Assembly: GCA_963788655.1 (NCBI GenBank)
Contig: CAWBHS010000076.1
Coordinates: 128,001 to 192,000 of the forward strand
DNA length: 64,000 nucleotides
Source: an uncultured Verrucomicrobiae bacterium
Lineage (GTDB): Bacteria > Verrucomicrobiota > Verrucomicrobiia > Limisphaerales > JAFGQR01
Direction: 5' to 3'
The position numbers and the translations under genes were made by a program. Positions within the stretch are counted from its first letter, which is position 1; every line of letters starts with the position of its first letter. This document shows positions 55,701 through 64,000 of this stretch, one piece after another. The notes below the pieces were generated by a model, which had not been told where the DNA came from, ran no database searches, and saw only the letters and a program-made list of their open reading frames with translations.

Positions 55701-56963
55701 GTGCAGCGGAAGGTTTCAAATCCTTGCTGGTTGACGAAGGTCAGCCGCCCCGTGAGGTCCATCTCGAAAATCGTTTGTGGTAACGACTCGGCCAACTCGC
55801 GGAACCGTTGTTCATTACGCCGGGCGTCGGTTACGTTGTGCAGCACGCAATGCGTGCACTGGAACCGTCCCTGATCGTCATACCCAATCCGGCCATCTGC
55901 CACAATTTTGACCACGGTGCCGTCCTGGCGTTGCAGGTCGAACTCGACCCCATGAACGGCGCCGGCCATTTTGAACTGGGCAAAGCGTTCGCGGAACAAT
56001 TCGACTTGTTCCGGGACCAGTAAATCCCCAAACCACCGGCCCAGCACTTCGGCGCGCGTGCAGCCCAGCATGTCCAGCCAGGCGGCATTCACTTCCCGGA
56101 GGCGACCCTCCGCGTCGAGCGATTGGTAGGCGACAGGTGCCCGCTCGAAGAGCTGTCGAGCCCGCTTCTCGCTGGCTCGCAGGCTGGCCGCGGTGCGCTC
56201 CTGCTGCTGGATGCGTTGGTGCAAGTGCCGACCGCCGCCAAGCAAACCAACCAGGCCCAGCACCCACAAGGCCCCATGCCCGAAGAGCAACGGAGGCAGA
56301 TGGGACCGGGCCGCGGCATAGTACGGCTCGAGTGGCACCGCCACACTGATTCCGCCCCACAGCGTTCCTGCCGGTTGGTTGCGCGTGACGTGGCATTGCC
56401 GGCAGCTTGCTTCGCCGACCATGGGCCGCATCAAACGCAGCACCGGATGGCGCTCCCGAAATTCGACGGAACTCACCTCGGTCGCTCCGGCCCCCAGGGC
56501 GTGAAGAGCATTTGTTTCCCATGGGTCGGCAGCATTTTCCGTAAGGGATGCCTTCAAGCTCGCGAGGTGCTCGTGTACGGCGAAGGGCGAGCGGGGCCGC
56601 TGAGGCATCCCGTTAATCGCGTCGTGCGGATCCATCAGCGTGAGCACTCGCCCGGACGGCGTCGTGATGTCGCGCTCCGGTAGATGCGCCAAATGGGGAT
56701 TGGGCGGAGTGTTCGGGAGTAACAGGCACATAATCGCCGCCATGCCGGCCCGCCCAGCGGCGATAATCCAGGTTTCTTTGGCAGTTGAAACGGGCTTGTT
56801 CCCGCGCCAGTTCCTGCCCCTGGCGTACCAGTCCTTGCCAGTTCAACCAGGTGAGCACGGCGACCAGTACCGTCCAACCGACCGCCAAAATTCCGATCAA
56901 CCACTTGAGCCGTTGAACGGTCGAAAGCGCTTTTAAAAATTGATGCATCCGTAAATGTACTCA
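52732..56963 (-). CDS. Large hybrid sensor kinase: heme-c (DUF3365-like) sensor, multiple PAS, kinase, REC; several frameshifts
   Basis: YRRW..HGG.YVP, PPNPHL, MRPM..CRQCH; PAS repeats; GVAHDLNNIL, PFFTTK..GTGLGL; LVDDE..TDMVMP..KPF; start 56948 or 56963. Confidence 0.85.
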
Positions 56964-57117
56964 TGACTTCCGTGAGATCACACAAACGCCTTCCTAACAA
57001 TTTTGTGCCGTGCCACCGGCGGGGGATTGTTTGGTTCCTTGGCGGGCACCCCGGTGGGGATTGCGTTCCCGAGATTGTTTCCCCGCGTTGGCTGCCGCGG
57101 GAATCGACCCCACTGGA

Positions 57118-57870
57118 CTACTTGGTGGTCGTGCCGGCTCCGATCAATGCCGCCGGTTCGCCATACAGTCTGCGGTTACTTTGATTGAACTCAAACTTCA
57201 GGTCCACTTCCAGGTCCTGCAACGTGATCAGTTTCCACTGCACCGGCAAAAACACCGGACGTCCGTCGCGTTGTTCCTTCGTCAATTCGTAGGCCAGCAA
57301 CAGGTGCAGCGCGTCGTGCGTCACCTTGGGAACGGCCGAAGGTGAATAATAGAAGGACCGTTGGGTCGTGTTCGCGGTGGTGGCGCTGTACGTTTTCAAT
57401 TCGAGGTAACACGGCACCGGTTCGGTGATCTCAATATCCGGATAGCCCACCGCTTGCGCCCGCCCTTCGGAGTTCACCGGCACTCGGGCACTGACGTTCA
57501 CATCGGCCAACGCGGTCCGGACAAATTTCTCGATGCGATTACCCGCCTCGTTCGCGCGCGCCGTGGCAATACCTTCCGCGCTTGCCCGCGAACCGGCGAG
57601 GGCGGCGGCTTGTTGCAATCGCCGGATCAATTGGACGTGCGCGGGATTGTTGGTGTCCAAATCGAGCAAACGAAAGCCGGTGGTCGCCCGGAGCACCGTC
57701 TTGAACGGCACCGCCCGGAGTGGCCGCTTCAAGCCGCGCAACGTCGCCTCCAAGGCGGCTGAATCTTCGGGGACCGGACGGTTCGATACCGCGGAGCTTG
57801 GTACCGATTCGGCCGCCCATCCCAGGCTGCTGATCACGCCGACCAACGCCAGACATCCAATGGTTTTCAT
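57118..57870 (-). CDS. PD-(D/E)xK (restriction-endonuclease-like) protein with putative signal peptide
   Basis: MKTIGCLALVGVISSLGWA|AES N-terminus; NEAGNRIE..GYPDIEI..YLELKTY. Confidence 0.6.
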   Translation of the reverse strand: MKTIGCLALVGVISSLGWAAESVPSSAVSNRPVPEDSAALEATLRGLKRPLRAVPFKTVLRATTGFRLLDLDTNNPAHVQLIRRLQQAAALAGSRASAEGIATARANEAGNRIEKFVRTALADVNVSARVPVNSEGRAQAVGYPDIEITEPVPCYLELKTYSATTANTTQRSFYYSPSAVPKVTHDALHLLLAYELTKEQRDGRPVFLPVQWKLITLQDLEVDLKFEFNQSNRRLYGEPAALIGAGTTTK

Positions 57871-57886
57871 AAAGTCGATTCCGGCG

Positions 57887-58003
57887 GGGGAGCACGGGCG
57901 CGCCGACCACGAATGGAGCGGGGCTCCCCAATTCGTGGCCGCCGTCCGCGTCCGAGTCAACGGCGAGGCGCCGTTGACAGCGCCCGAGGCGGGCGCGCTC
58001 CCC
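57887..58003. repeat. REP-like family A element between MTase and nuclease-like gene
   Basis: 57961-58003 is nearly identical to 26218-26261. Confidence 0.75.
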
Positions 58004-59289
58004 TACGATTTGCGAAACACCGTGATCCGGTTGGTGTTCGTGCCTTTGGCCATGTTATCGACGCCCCAACAATTCGCCGTCTTGGTAAACTCCTGATCGT
58101 TGATCACGATCAGCCGCGCTTCCAGTCCGGCGGCGAGGCCGCACGGGACGACCGCTTCCTCGAGCTTGGTTTCGCCGCCATGGACTTCACCGACCTCGAA
58201 GGCGACGTGTCCGCCGGGCTTCAAGACCCGGTGCAACTCGCGGAAGACTTTGGTCATTTCCGCCTGCCAATCTTCCAGCTTGCGCGGCACGGTCAGTTGC
58301 ACGCTTTCCGCGTCGATGCCAATGAACCAGGAACGCAACCAGTTGTCCGTGGCGTACTGCACCACGTTCAGAAACGGCGGTGATGTGACCACCAGATCGA
58401 CCGACGCGGACGGAATCTGCGGCGTTCGGTGCGCCGGCGCGGTCAGTAATTGCGCTTCATTCGCTACGCTCTGCACGTTGCGCCGCGCGGCGGGCGTGCA
58501 ATCGCCCAACAACTGTTTGGACTTTTTCAGAATCAACTTCGGCACATCGCGCGGCGGCGGCGTTTGTTGGCGGCGTTCATTGATCTTGCGTTGCGACTTG
58601 ATGGAAACCGCCTGGTTGGGCGGCATGGTATAGACTGAAAAGAATCCGTTCGAATGACCGGTCAGCCGGTTGATCGCCACCAGGCAAATCCATTCGTCCA
58701 GCGCATCCAGTGTTCCCGCCTGCCGGCGTTGCAGCAGGTAGTTCTTGAGCGCCGTGATCTGGGTGAGCGTCTCACGGTGATAAAACACCAGCAGGTCTTC
58801 CCACAGATCGGCGGTGGTGGTGAAATCGATTTGCTTGAGCCGCCCCGCCACCTCGTCGAGCGTTGGGGGATGCAGCCGCCCCCGCACAAACACCTGGCTT
58901 AACGGATTGATGTCACAACCCAACGGCACTCGTCCCAGCAACGCGGCCTCGATCGGCGTGGTTCCGCGGCCCATAAACGGATCATAGACCCGGTCGCCGG
59001 GTTGGGTAAGGCGCGCGATGAAAAAGCGCGGCAACTGCGGCTTGAAACAAGCGCGGTAGGACACTTCGTGCAGGCTGCTGGCCTGCCGCTGCCTGGCGGT
59101 CCAGAATTCGTTGACATACGTCTCCACCCGGACCGATTCGCCGGCAAAGGAATACGCCGGCGTCACCAACCGGCGCGTGGCCTTCCCGAATTCGTGAAAA
59201 CTCTCCAGGTCCTTGGCCAGCGAACGGGAGGGGCGTTTCGTGACCGGACGTTCAGCGTCCAAGCGCAGATCCAATAGTTCTTGTGTCAT
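58003..59289 (-). CDS. Amino (N4-C/N6-A) DNA methyltransferase
   Basis: YRACFKPQL, DPFMGRGTT (motif I), VVTSPPF (motif IV), RVLKPGG. Confidence 0.9.
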   Translation of the reverse strand: MTQELLDLRLDAERPVTKRPSRSLAKDLESFHEFGKATRRLVTPAYSFAGESVRVETYVNEFWTARQRQASSLHEVSYRACFKPQLPRFFIARLTQPGDRVYDPFMGRGTTPIEAALLGRVPLGCDINPLSQVFVRGRLHPPTLDEVAGRLKQIDFTTTADLWEDLLVFYHRETLTQITALKNYLLQRRQAGTLDALDEWICLVAINRLTGHSNGFFSVYTMPPNQAVSIKSQRKINERRQQTPPPRDVPKLILKKSKQLLGDCTPAARRNVQSVANEAQLLTAPAHRTPQIPSASVDLVVTSPPFLNVVQYATDNWLRSWFIGIDAESVQLTVPRKLEDWQAEMTKVFRELHRVLKPGGHVAFEVGEVHGGETKLEEAVVPCGLAAGLEARLIVINDQEFTKTANCWGVDNMAKGTNTNRITVFRKS

Positions 59290-59341
59290 ACAACTTCAAT
59301 CGGTTACTGCCATGCTCTGGTCCTTGGTTCGTGGCCATGGG

Positions 59342-59968
59342 TCATTCCCCATGATGGTGGTGTTCGAGGCGGGTGTGTTCATCGCCCAGCACGCGCGTCA
59401 AGTGCTCGCGCAATTGGAGCCGGGCCCGCAGCAGGCGCACTTTCACATTGGCTTCGCTGAGCCCCAGGGCTTCGGCGGTTTCCTTCACCGAAAGCCCCTC
59501 GAGGTCGCGCAATAAAAATACCAGCCGATGCTTTTCGTCCAGTTGCTCAAAGGCCTCCTCGAGCAGCCGTTGAATTTCGTTCTGATGGACCAATTCCTCC
59601 GGCGATTGCCGCCAGTCCGCGATGTATTCAGGATGAGGGATCGTGTCGAAATTCTCCTGGGGTTCGGTGGCTGCCTCCAACGACACCGTCGGCAGCCCGC
59701 GGCGTTTGCGCAGGATCTTCAGCGCGGCATGCGTGGCAATCCGCAGCAGCCAGGTGGAAAAACTCGCTTCCCCGCGAAAGCCGTGGAGGTGCTCCAGGAG
59801 GCTGATGAACGTTTGCTGGGTGACATCCTCCGCATCCTGTTCCTGACGCAAAATCCGCATGGCCAGCGAATAGACCTTGCGCTCGTATCGCGTCGTCAGG
59901 GCTTCAAACGCCTCCAAGTCACCGGCCTTGGCCTGTTGGACCAATTCGGCGTCGCTCGGAGCATCCAT
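59342..59968 (-). CDS. ECF RNA polymerase sigma factor
   Basis: DAELV..GDLEAFEAL, DAEDVTQQTF, FSTWLLRIA, VFLLRDLEGLS..NVKVRLLRAR. Confidence 0.92.
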   Translation of the reverse strand: MDAPSDAELVQQAKAGDLEAFEALTTRYERKVYSLAMRILRQEQDAEDVTQQTFISLLEHLHGFRGEASFSTWLLRIATHAALKILRKRRGLPTVSLEAATEPQENFDTIPHPEYIADWRQSPEELVHQNEIQRLLEEAFEQLDEKHRLVFLLRDLEGLSVKETAEALGLSEANVKVRLLRARLQLREHLTRVLGDEHTRLEHHHHGE

Positions 59969-60142
59969 TGCGGAATCGTTCACGGGCGGATGTTTAGCAG
60001 AGGTTGCGGCGCGGGTAAAACGAAACCGGAAGTTAAAATCCGAAGGCCGAAGGCCGGAGTTTGGATTTCGGGCTTCGACTTCTGCACGCCGGACCCCCGG
60101 CTTGACCTGCCGCGGTGTCCTCTCCAAAGTCCTCACCGGCTC

Positions 60143-61990
60143 ATGGACAACGTTCCGGCAGCAATCAGTTTAGTGCTCGTGCTCGGCATGGCCGCCCAAT
60201 GGTTGGCATGGCGGGCCAAGCTGCCGTCCATTCTGTTGCTCCTGACCTTCGGCTTCCTGGCGGGCCGCGTGTTCCATCCTGACAAATTGATCGGGCAGGA
60301 TTTGTTGTTTCCTTTGGTTTCACTCGCCGTGGCCACCATCCTCTTGGAAGGTGGACTCAGCCTCAGCTTCCGGGAAATCCGCGAGACGCGCCGGGCTGTC
60401 CTGCGATTGTGTACGGTGGGCGTGGCCATTGCCTGGGGCTTGACCATGGTGGCGGCTCGTTTCCTGGTGGACATGACGTGGTCCATCGCCGCGTTGTTGG
60501 GCGCCATTCTGGTCGTCACCGGGCCGACGGTTATCGGGCCGTTGTTGCGCCAGATCAAACCCATACGCAGCGTGGGCGCGGTGGCCAAGTGGGAAGGCAT
60601 TGTCGTGGATCCCCTCGGCGCCGTGCTCGCGGTGCTGGTGTTTCAAGCCGTCATGGCGCAAAGCCGAACGCACGCCTTCACCGGACTGGGGTGGTCGTTG
60701 CTCAAACTCATTCTGGTGGGGGGTCTGGGTGGATTCCTGGTGGCCAAAGGTTTGGAAGTCATTTTCAAACGGCACCTCATTCCGGACTTCCTTCACAGCC
60801 CCACGTTGCTGGCCGTGAGTCTGGCGGCGTACACCGTTTCGAACGAGGTGCAATCGGAAATGGGTTTGTTTACCGTGACGATCCTGGGGATTGCCCTGGC
60901 CAACCAGAACAACGTATCGCTCGAACACATCGTCGAGTTCAAAGAAACCCTGCGCGTGCTGCTGATCTCGTGTTTGTTCATCATCCTGGCGGCACGGATT
61001 GAACTCGGTGAAGTCACGCGCCTCGGCCTGCGCAGTCTCTGGTTTTTGCTGGCGTTGATATTCGTAGTGCGGCCCGCCAGTGTGTGGCTTAGCACGTATG
61101 GCTCGGGCTTGGGGTGGAAACAGCGACTGTATCTCTGCTTTCTGGCGCCACGCGGCATCGTGGCGGCGGCGGTGACCTCGGTGTTTGCAATTGAACTGAT
61201 CGAGGCCGCAGAACGCTACTCGTTGCCCGCCGCCCTGGTGGCCGACGCGGCCAAACTGGTGCCGCTGACGTTTGTGGTGATCATTGGCACGGTGGCCTTC
61301 TACGGTTTGCTGGCGGGGCCGCTGGCGCGACGTTTGAAGCTGGCGGCGGCCAATCCGCAAGGTATCCTGTTCGTTGGCGCCCGGCCGTGGGTAATCGAAG
61401 TGGCCAAATGCCTGCGTGAGGCCGGGATTGAAGTGCTGCTGGTGGACACGAGTCCGGAAATCGTGGCCCGCGCCCGCATGGCCAATTTGCCGGCCTTGCA
61501 CGCCAATATCTTGAGCCGCTTTGTCAGCGAGGAATTGGAACTGTTCGGCATTGGGCGATTGCTGGCCGTGACCTCCAATTTCGAAGTCAACACGCTGGCG
61601 TGCGGCGAATTCATCAGCCAGTTTGGCCGGCAGAACGTCTATCAACTCCAATTCAAGGACACCGCCAGCCAACGGCGGGATCTGTCGCATCGGATGCGGG
61701 GCCGGCCCTTGTTTGCCGAAAAATTTACGCACGATGTCATTGCCGAATGGATCGCCGGCGGCGCCGTGGTGAAGAAGACCCAGATCACCGACAAATACTC
61801 GTATGCTGATTTTCGTGCCCGCTATGGCGAAGTGTTGCCTTTGTTCGCCATTAGCGGTCCCGGGAAAGTCACCGTGTTCACCAGCGACTCGCCGGAGCCT
61901 GGAGCCGGCACCACGCTCATCAGCCTGATTCGCCAAATGCCGGAAGAAGCTCCGGTGTCCGAATCGGACGAGCGGAGCGCACGAGCCTGA
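60143..61990 (+). CDS. Cation:proton antiporter (CPA1/NhaP-like) with C-terminal TrkA-N-like domain
   Basis: QWLAWR.KLPSILLLL, VTGPTVI, WEGIVVDP, APRGIVAAA; about 12 TM segments; GILFVGA. Confidence 0.9.
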   Translation: MDNVPAAISLVLVLGMAAQWLAWRAKLPSILLLLTFGFLAGRVFHPDKLIGQDLLFPLVSLAVATILLEGGLSLSFREIRETRRAVLRLCTVGVAIAWGLTMVAARFLVDMTWSIAALLGAILVVTGPTVIGPLLRQIKPIRSVGAVAKWEGIVVDPLGAVLAVLVFQAVMAQSRTHAFTGLGWSLLKLILVGGLGGFLVAKGLEVIFKRHLIPDFLHSPTLLAVSLAAYTVSNEVQSEMGLFTVTILGIALANQNNVSLEHIVEFKETLRVLLISCLFIILAARIELGEVTRLGLRSLWFLLALIFVVRPASVWLSTYGSGLGWKQRLYLCFLAPRGIVAAAVTSVFAIELIEAAERYSLPAALVADAAKLVPLTFVVIIGTVAFYGLLAGPLARRLKLAAANPQGILFVGARPWVIEVAKCLREAGIEVLLVDTSPEIVARARMANLPALHANILSRFVSEELELFGIGRLLAVTSNFEVNTLACGEFISQFGRQNVYQLQFKDTASQRRDLSHRMRGRPLFAEKFTHDVIAEWIAGGAVVKKTQITDKYSYADFRARYGEVLPLFAISGPGKVTVFTSDSPEPGAGTTLISLIRQMPEEAPVSESDERSARA

Positions 61991-62003
61991 TGGACGTGCC
62001 TTT

Positions 62004-62301
62004 CCCCCTAACCCCAGCCCTCTCCCTCGGGGAGAAAATTCCCCGGAAATTTTCGCGCGTTAAACCTGTGAACCATTGTAATAGCGGACGTAAGTCCGCT
62101 CTGACTTTTTTTCGAATTCAGATAGAGCGGACTCACGTCCGCTGCTACGCGGTTCGTGGGGAGGGAGCACCATTCGTTGCGTTCGTCGGACAGCGAAGCC
62201 CCAGAAAACACGACACGAGGCTCCTGCCAATTGAGCATCGCATCAAAAAATCGCCCCCTCGGCTGTTCCCTCTCCTTGGGGAGAGGGTTAGGGTGAGGGG
62301 G
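62004..62301. repeat. Nested palindromic repeat composite
   Basis: Outer CCCCTAACCCCAGCCCTCTCCC..GGGAGAGGGTTAGGGTGAGGGG; inner TGAACC..GGTTCG enclosing GCGGACGTAAGTCCGCTC..GAGCGGACTCACGTCCGC. Confidence 0.8.
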
Positions 62302-62442
62302 AACAGGCCGCCCATTTAACGGAAGGCACAGCGCATGGAATGACCAATCCACAACCACCAAATCCCAGAAAGCGCTTCAGAACCAATGCTCAACGAGCAA
62401 GGAGTGCGGCGCGTAATGGGAGGTTGGGTTTGCGGGAGGCGC

Positions 62443-63945
62443 CTACGCGAACAGACTCATGATCGGTTTGCCCAAGCCGTCTTTCGTCACGAAGAAGGGG
62501 CGTTTCTCCACCTCGTAGGCGAGTTTGGGCGAGATGCCCAGGGCCTGGTATAACGTTGCGTGCAAGTCCTCGATCACCACGCGGTCGGCCAGCGTTTTGC
62601 ACGGACGCTCGTCCGCCGTGACCCCGTGGAGATGACCCCGCTTGAGACCGCCGCCAAACAACAGCACGGAGCCGGCGTCCGTGAAATGCCGGTGCATTCC
62701 GTAATTCTTGGGATCCTCGATGGTATCCGGCACCGGCACCTGATCTTTCACCTTCTTGTTCGGTTTGCCTTCCACCAGCGCGTCGCGACTGAATTCGCTG
62801 GCCAGGACAATGAGCGTGCGGTCCAGCAAGCCGCGTGCTTCCAGGTCCAACACCAGTTGGGCGATCGGCGCGTCGATCTGCTTCTTCATCGCCGTCGCGC
62901 GCCGGTGGCCGTTCTCGTGCGTGTCCCAATTGAGGAAGGGAATGTATTCCGTTGTCACTTCGATGTAGCGGGCACCGACTTCCGCCAAGCGCCGCGCCAG
63001 CAAACAGCCCAAGCCGAAACGCCCCACCATTTGCTCTTCGTACTGCGCGCCGAACCGGTCCTGGGTGGCATCGAATCGCTGGCCCGCCTGATACCCTGGC
63101 ACGTACCGGCGGACGCTTTCCAGCGGTTCCAAGGATAAATCAAACGCTTTCGCCGCCGGCGAGCTGAGCAATCGATGCGCGTTGTCGAGCGAACGCAACA
63201 AGGATTCCTTCTGGTAATCGCTGCCGTGCGATCCAATCGGGCTGGCGGCCAGCAGCTTTTTGAAAAACGAGTTCCGCCGCTCGAACCGTCCCGGCGTCAT
63301 CCCCCCTGGCGGCCGCACCGTGTCCGCCGCGCGATCCGGAAACGGGATATTGAACGGTCCAAATTCGCTGCCCAGAAAACCAGCCGTGGTGAAGGCCTTG
63401 AGTTCCTCGCCCTCGCCCACGTCGAAACGCTGGCCAACATTGATGAACGCCGGCACCGCCGGATTGTTCGGCCCCAGCGTGCGCGCAATGACTGCCCCGA
63501 GGTGCGGCGCGGCCACGGTTTGCGGCGGGGCATAACCAGTGTGCCATTGATACTGATGGCGCGAGTGCAGAATGAACCCTAGGTCGCCCGCGGTGTAGGA
63601 GCGGATCAAAGTGCCGCGATCCATTACTGCGCCGATCTTTTCCAGTCCCTGGGACAATTTGATGTGGTCCACGGCGGTGTCGATGGCCGGGAAGGTGCTC
63701 AGCACTTCGGACGGTTTGATCCCTTTGGCAAACGGCGTGTAACGTTTGGGATCGAATGTTTCCGTGCTCGCCATGCCGCCGCCCATCCACAAGACAATCA
63801 GGGTGTCCGCGCGCGGTTTGATTTTTGTCGCCTCGACCTCGGCACCCAACAGCGCGCGTGGGTAGCCGGCGGCCAACGCCGAAAGCGTGGCCGTGCTGGC
63901 GGTTTTCAGGAAGTCGCGGCGGGTAAATTGATGAGAGTGTTTCAT
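62443..63945 (-). CDS. DUF1501 family protein with Tat-like signal
   Basis: TRRDFLK, LWMGGG..ETFDPK, CLLARRLAEVGARYIEV, WDTH, DLEARGLLDRTL..SEFSR. Confidence 0.9.
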   Translation of the reverse strand: MKHSHQFTRRDFLKTASTATLSALAAGYPRALLGAEVEATKIKPRADTLIVLWMGGGMASTETFDPKRYTPFAKGIKPSEVLSTFPAIDTAVDHIKLSQGLEKIGAVMDRGTLIRSYTAGDLGFILHSRHQYQWHTGYAPPQTVAAPHLGAVIARTLGPNNPAVPAFINVGQRFDVGEGEELKAFTTAGFLGSEFGPFNIPFPDRAADTVRPPGGMTPGRFERRNSFFKKLLAASPIGSHGSDYQKESLLRSLDNAHRLLSSPAAKAFDLSLEPLESVRRYVPGYQAGQRFDATQDRFGAQYEEQMVGRFGLGCLLARRLAEVGARYIEVTTEYIPFLNWDTHENGHRRATAMKKQIDAPIAQLVLDLEARGLLDRTLIVLASEFSRDALVEGKPNKKVKDQVPVPDTIEDPKNYGMHRHFTDAGSVLLFGGGLKRGHLHGVTADERPCKTLADRVVIEDLHATLYQALGISPKLAYEVEKRPFFVTKDGLGKPIMSLFA

Positions 63946-63951
63946 GAGCGG

Positions 63952-64000
63952 TTAGTAGATCAATTGGAACTCGGGCAACATCGCCATCGCCCACAGGAAA
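63952..64000 (-). CDS. C-terminus of probable DUF1553 (PSD1) protein, truncated by window edge
   Basis: Reads FLWAMAMLPEFQLIY*, directly upstream of DUF1501. Confidence 0.65.
   Translation of the reverse strand, partial: FLWAMAMLPEFQLIY

Noticed and set aside
56995..57020. TGGCACGGCAC sigma54-like motif upstream of the hybrid kinase
   Set aside because: No GC at the required GG-N10-GC spacing.
59528..60142. 205-aa N-terminal extension of the antiporter ORF
   Set aside because: Overlaps the ECF sigma gene antisense and a repeat tract; homology starts at MDNVP (60143).
61990..62361. Small ORFs over the nested repeat (also 25666-26410 and 36176-36407)
   Set aside because: Translations of palindromic repeats, not credible proteins.

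Overview
High-GC bacterial DNA, most likely Verrucomicrobiota/PVC. This is inferred from the DUF1501/DUF1553 genes, the flagellar gene layout and the intergenic palindrome families. About 50 kb is a motility and chemosensory super-cluster: (i) the tail of one che operon (MCP-cheY-cheB-cheR-HDOD-cheX-REC); (ii) late flagellar genes (fliC, fliD, flgM-like, fliS and several unnamed genes) with an HD-GYP regulator and a degenerate sigma54-activator-like protein; (iii) cheR-cheD-HDOD-cheB; (iv) a minus-strand array of cheW plus five paralogous receptors with swapped sensor domains (4HB, dCache, heme-c, Cache fusion, hemerythrin), interleaved with relics of a CZB-CheW gene and a [NiFe]-hydrogenase gene; (v) a complete STAS-cheY-cheA-MCP-cheW-REC-cheR-cheB operon downstream of a heme-c/multi-PAS hybrid kinase and a NarL-type regulator. 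Also present: ilvB with an attenuator, an MFS-spermidine synthase fusion, an ECF sigma factor, a DNA methyltransferase next to a PD-(D/E)xK nuclease-like protein that appears to carry a signal peptide (the most unusual candidate system), a CPA1 antiporter and DUF1501. Many single-base frameshifts look like long-read consensus errors. I found no rRNA, tRNA, CRISPR array or transposase. All calls come from reading motifs by eye; no searches were run.
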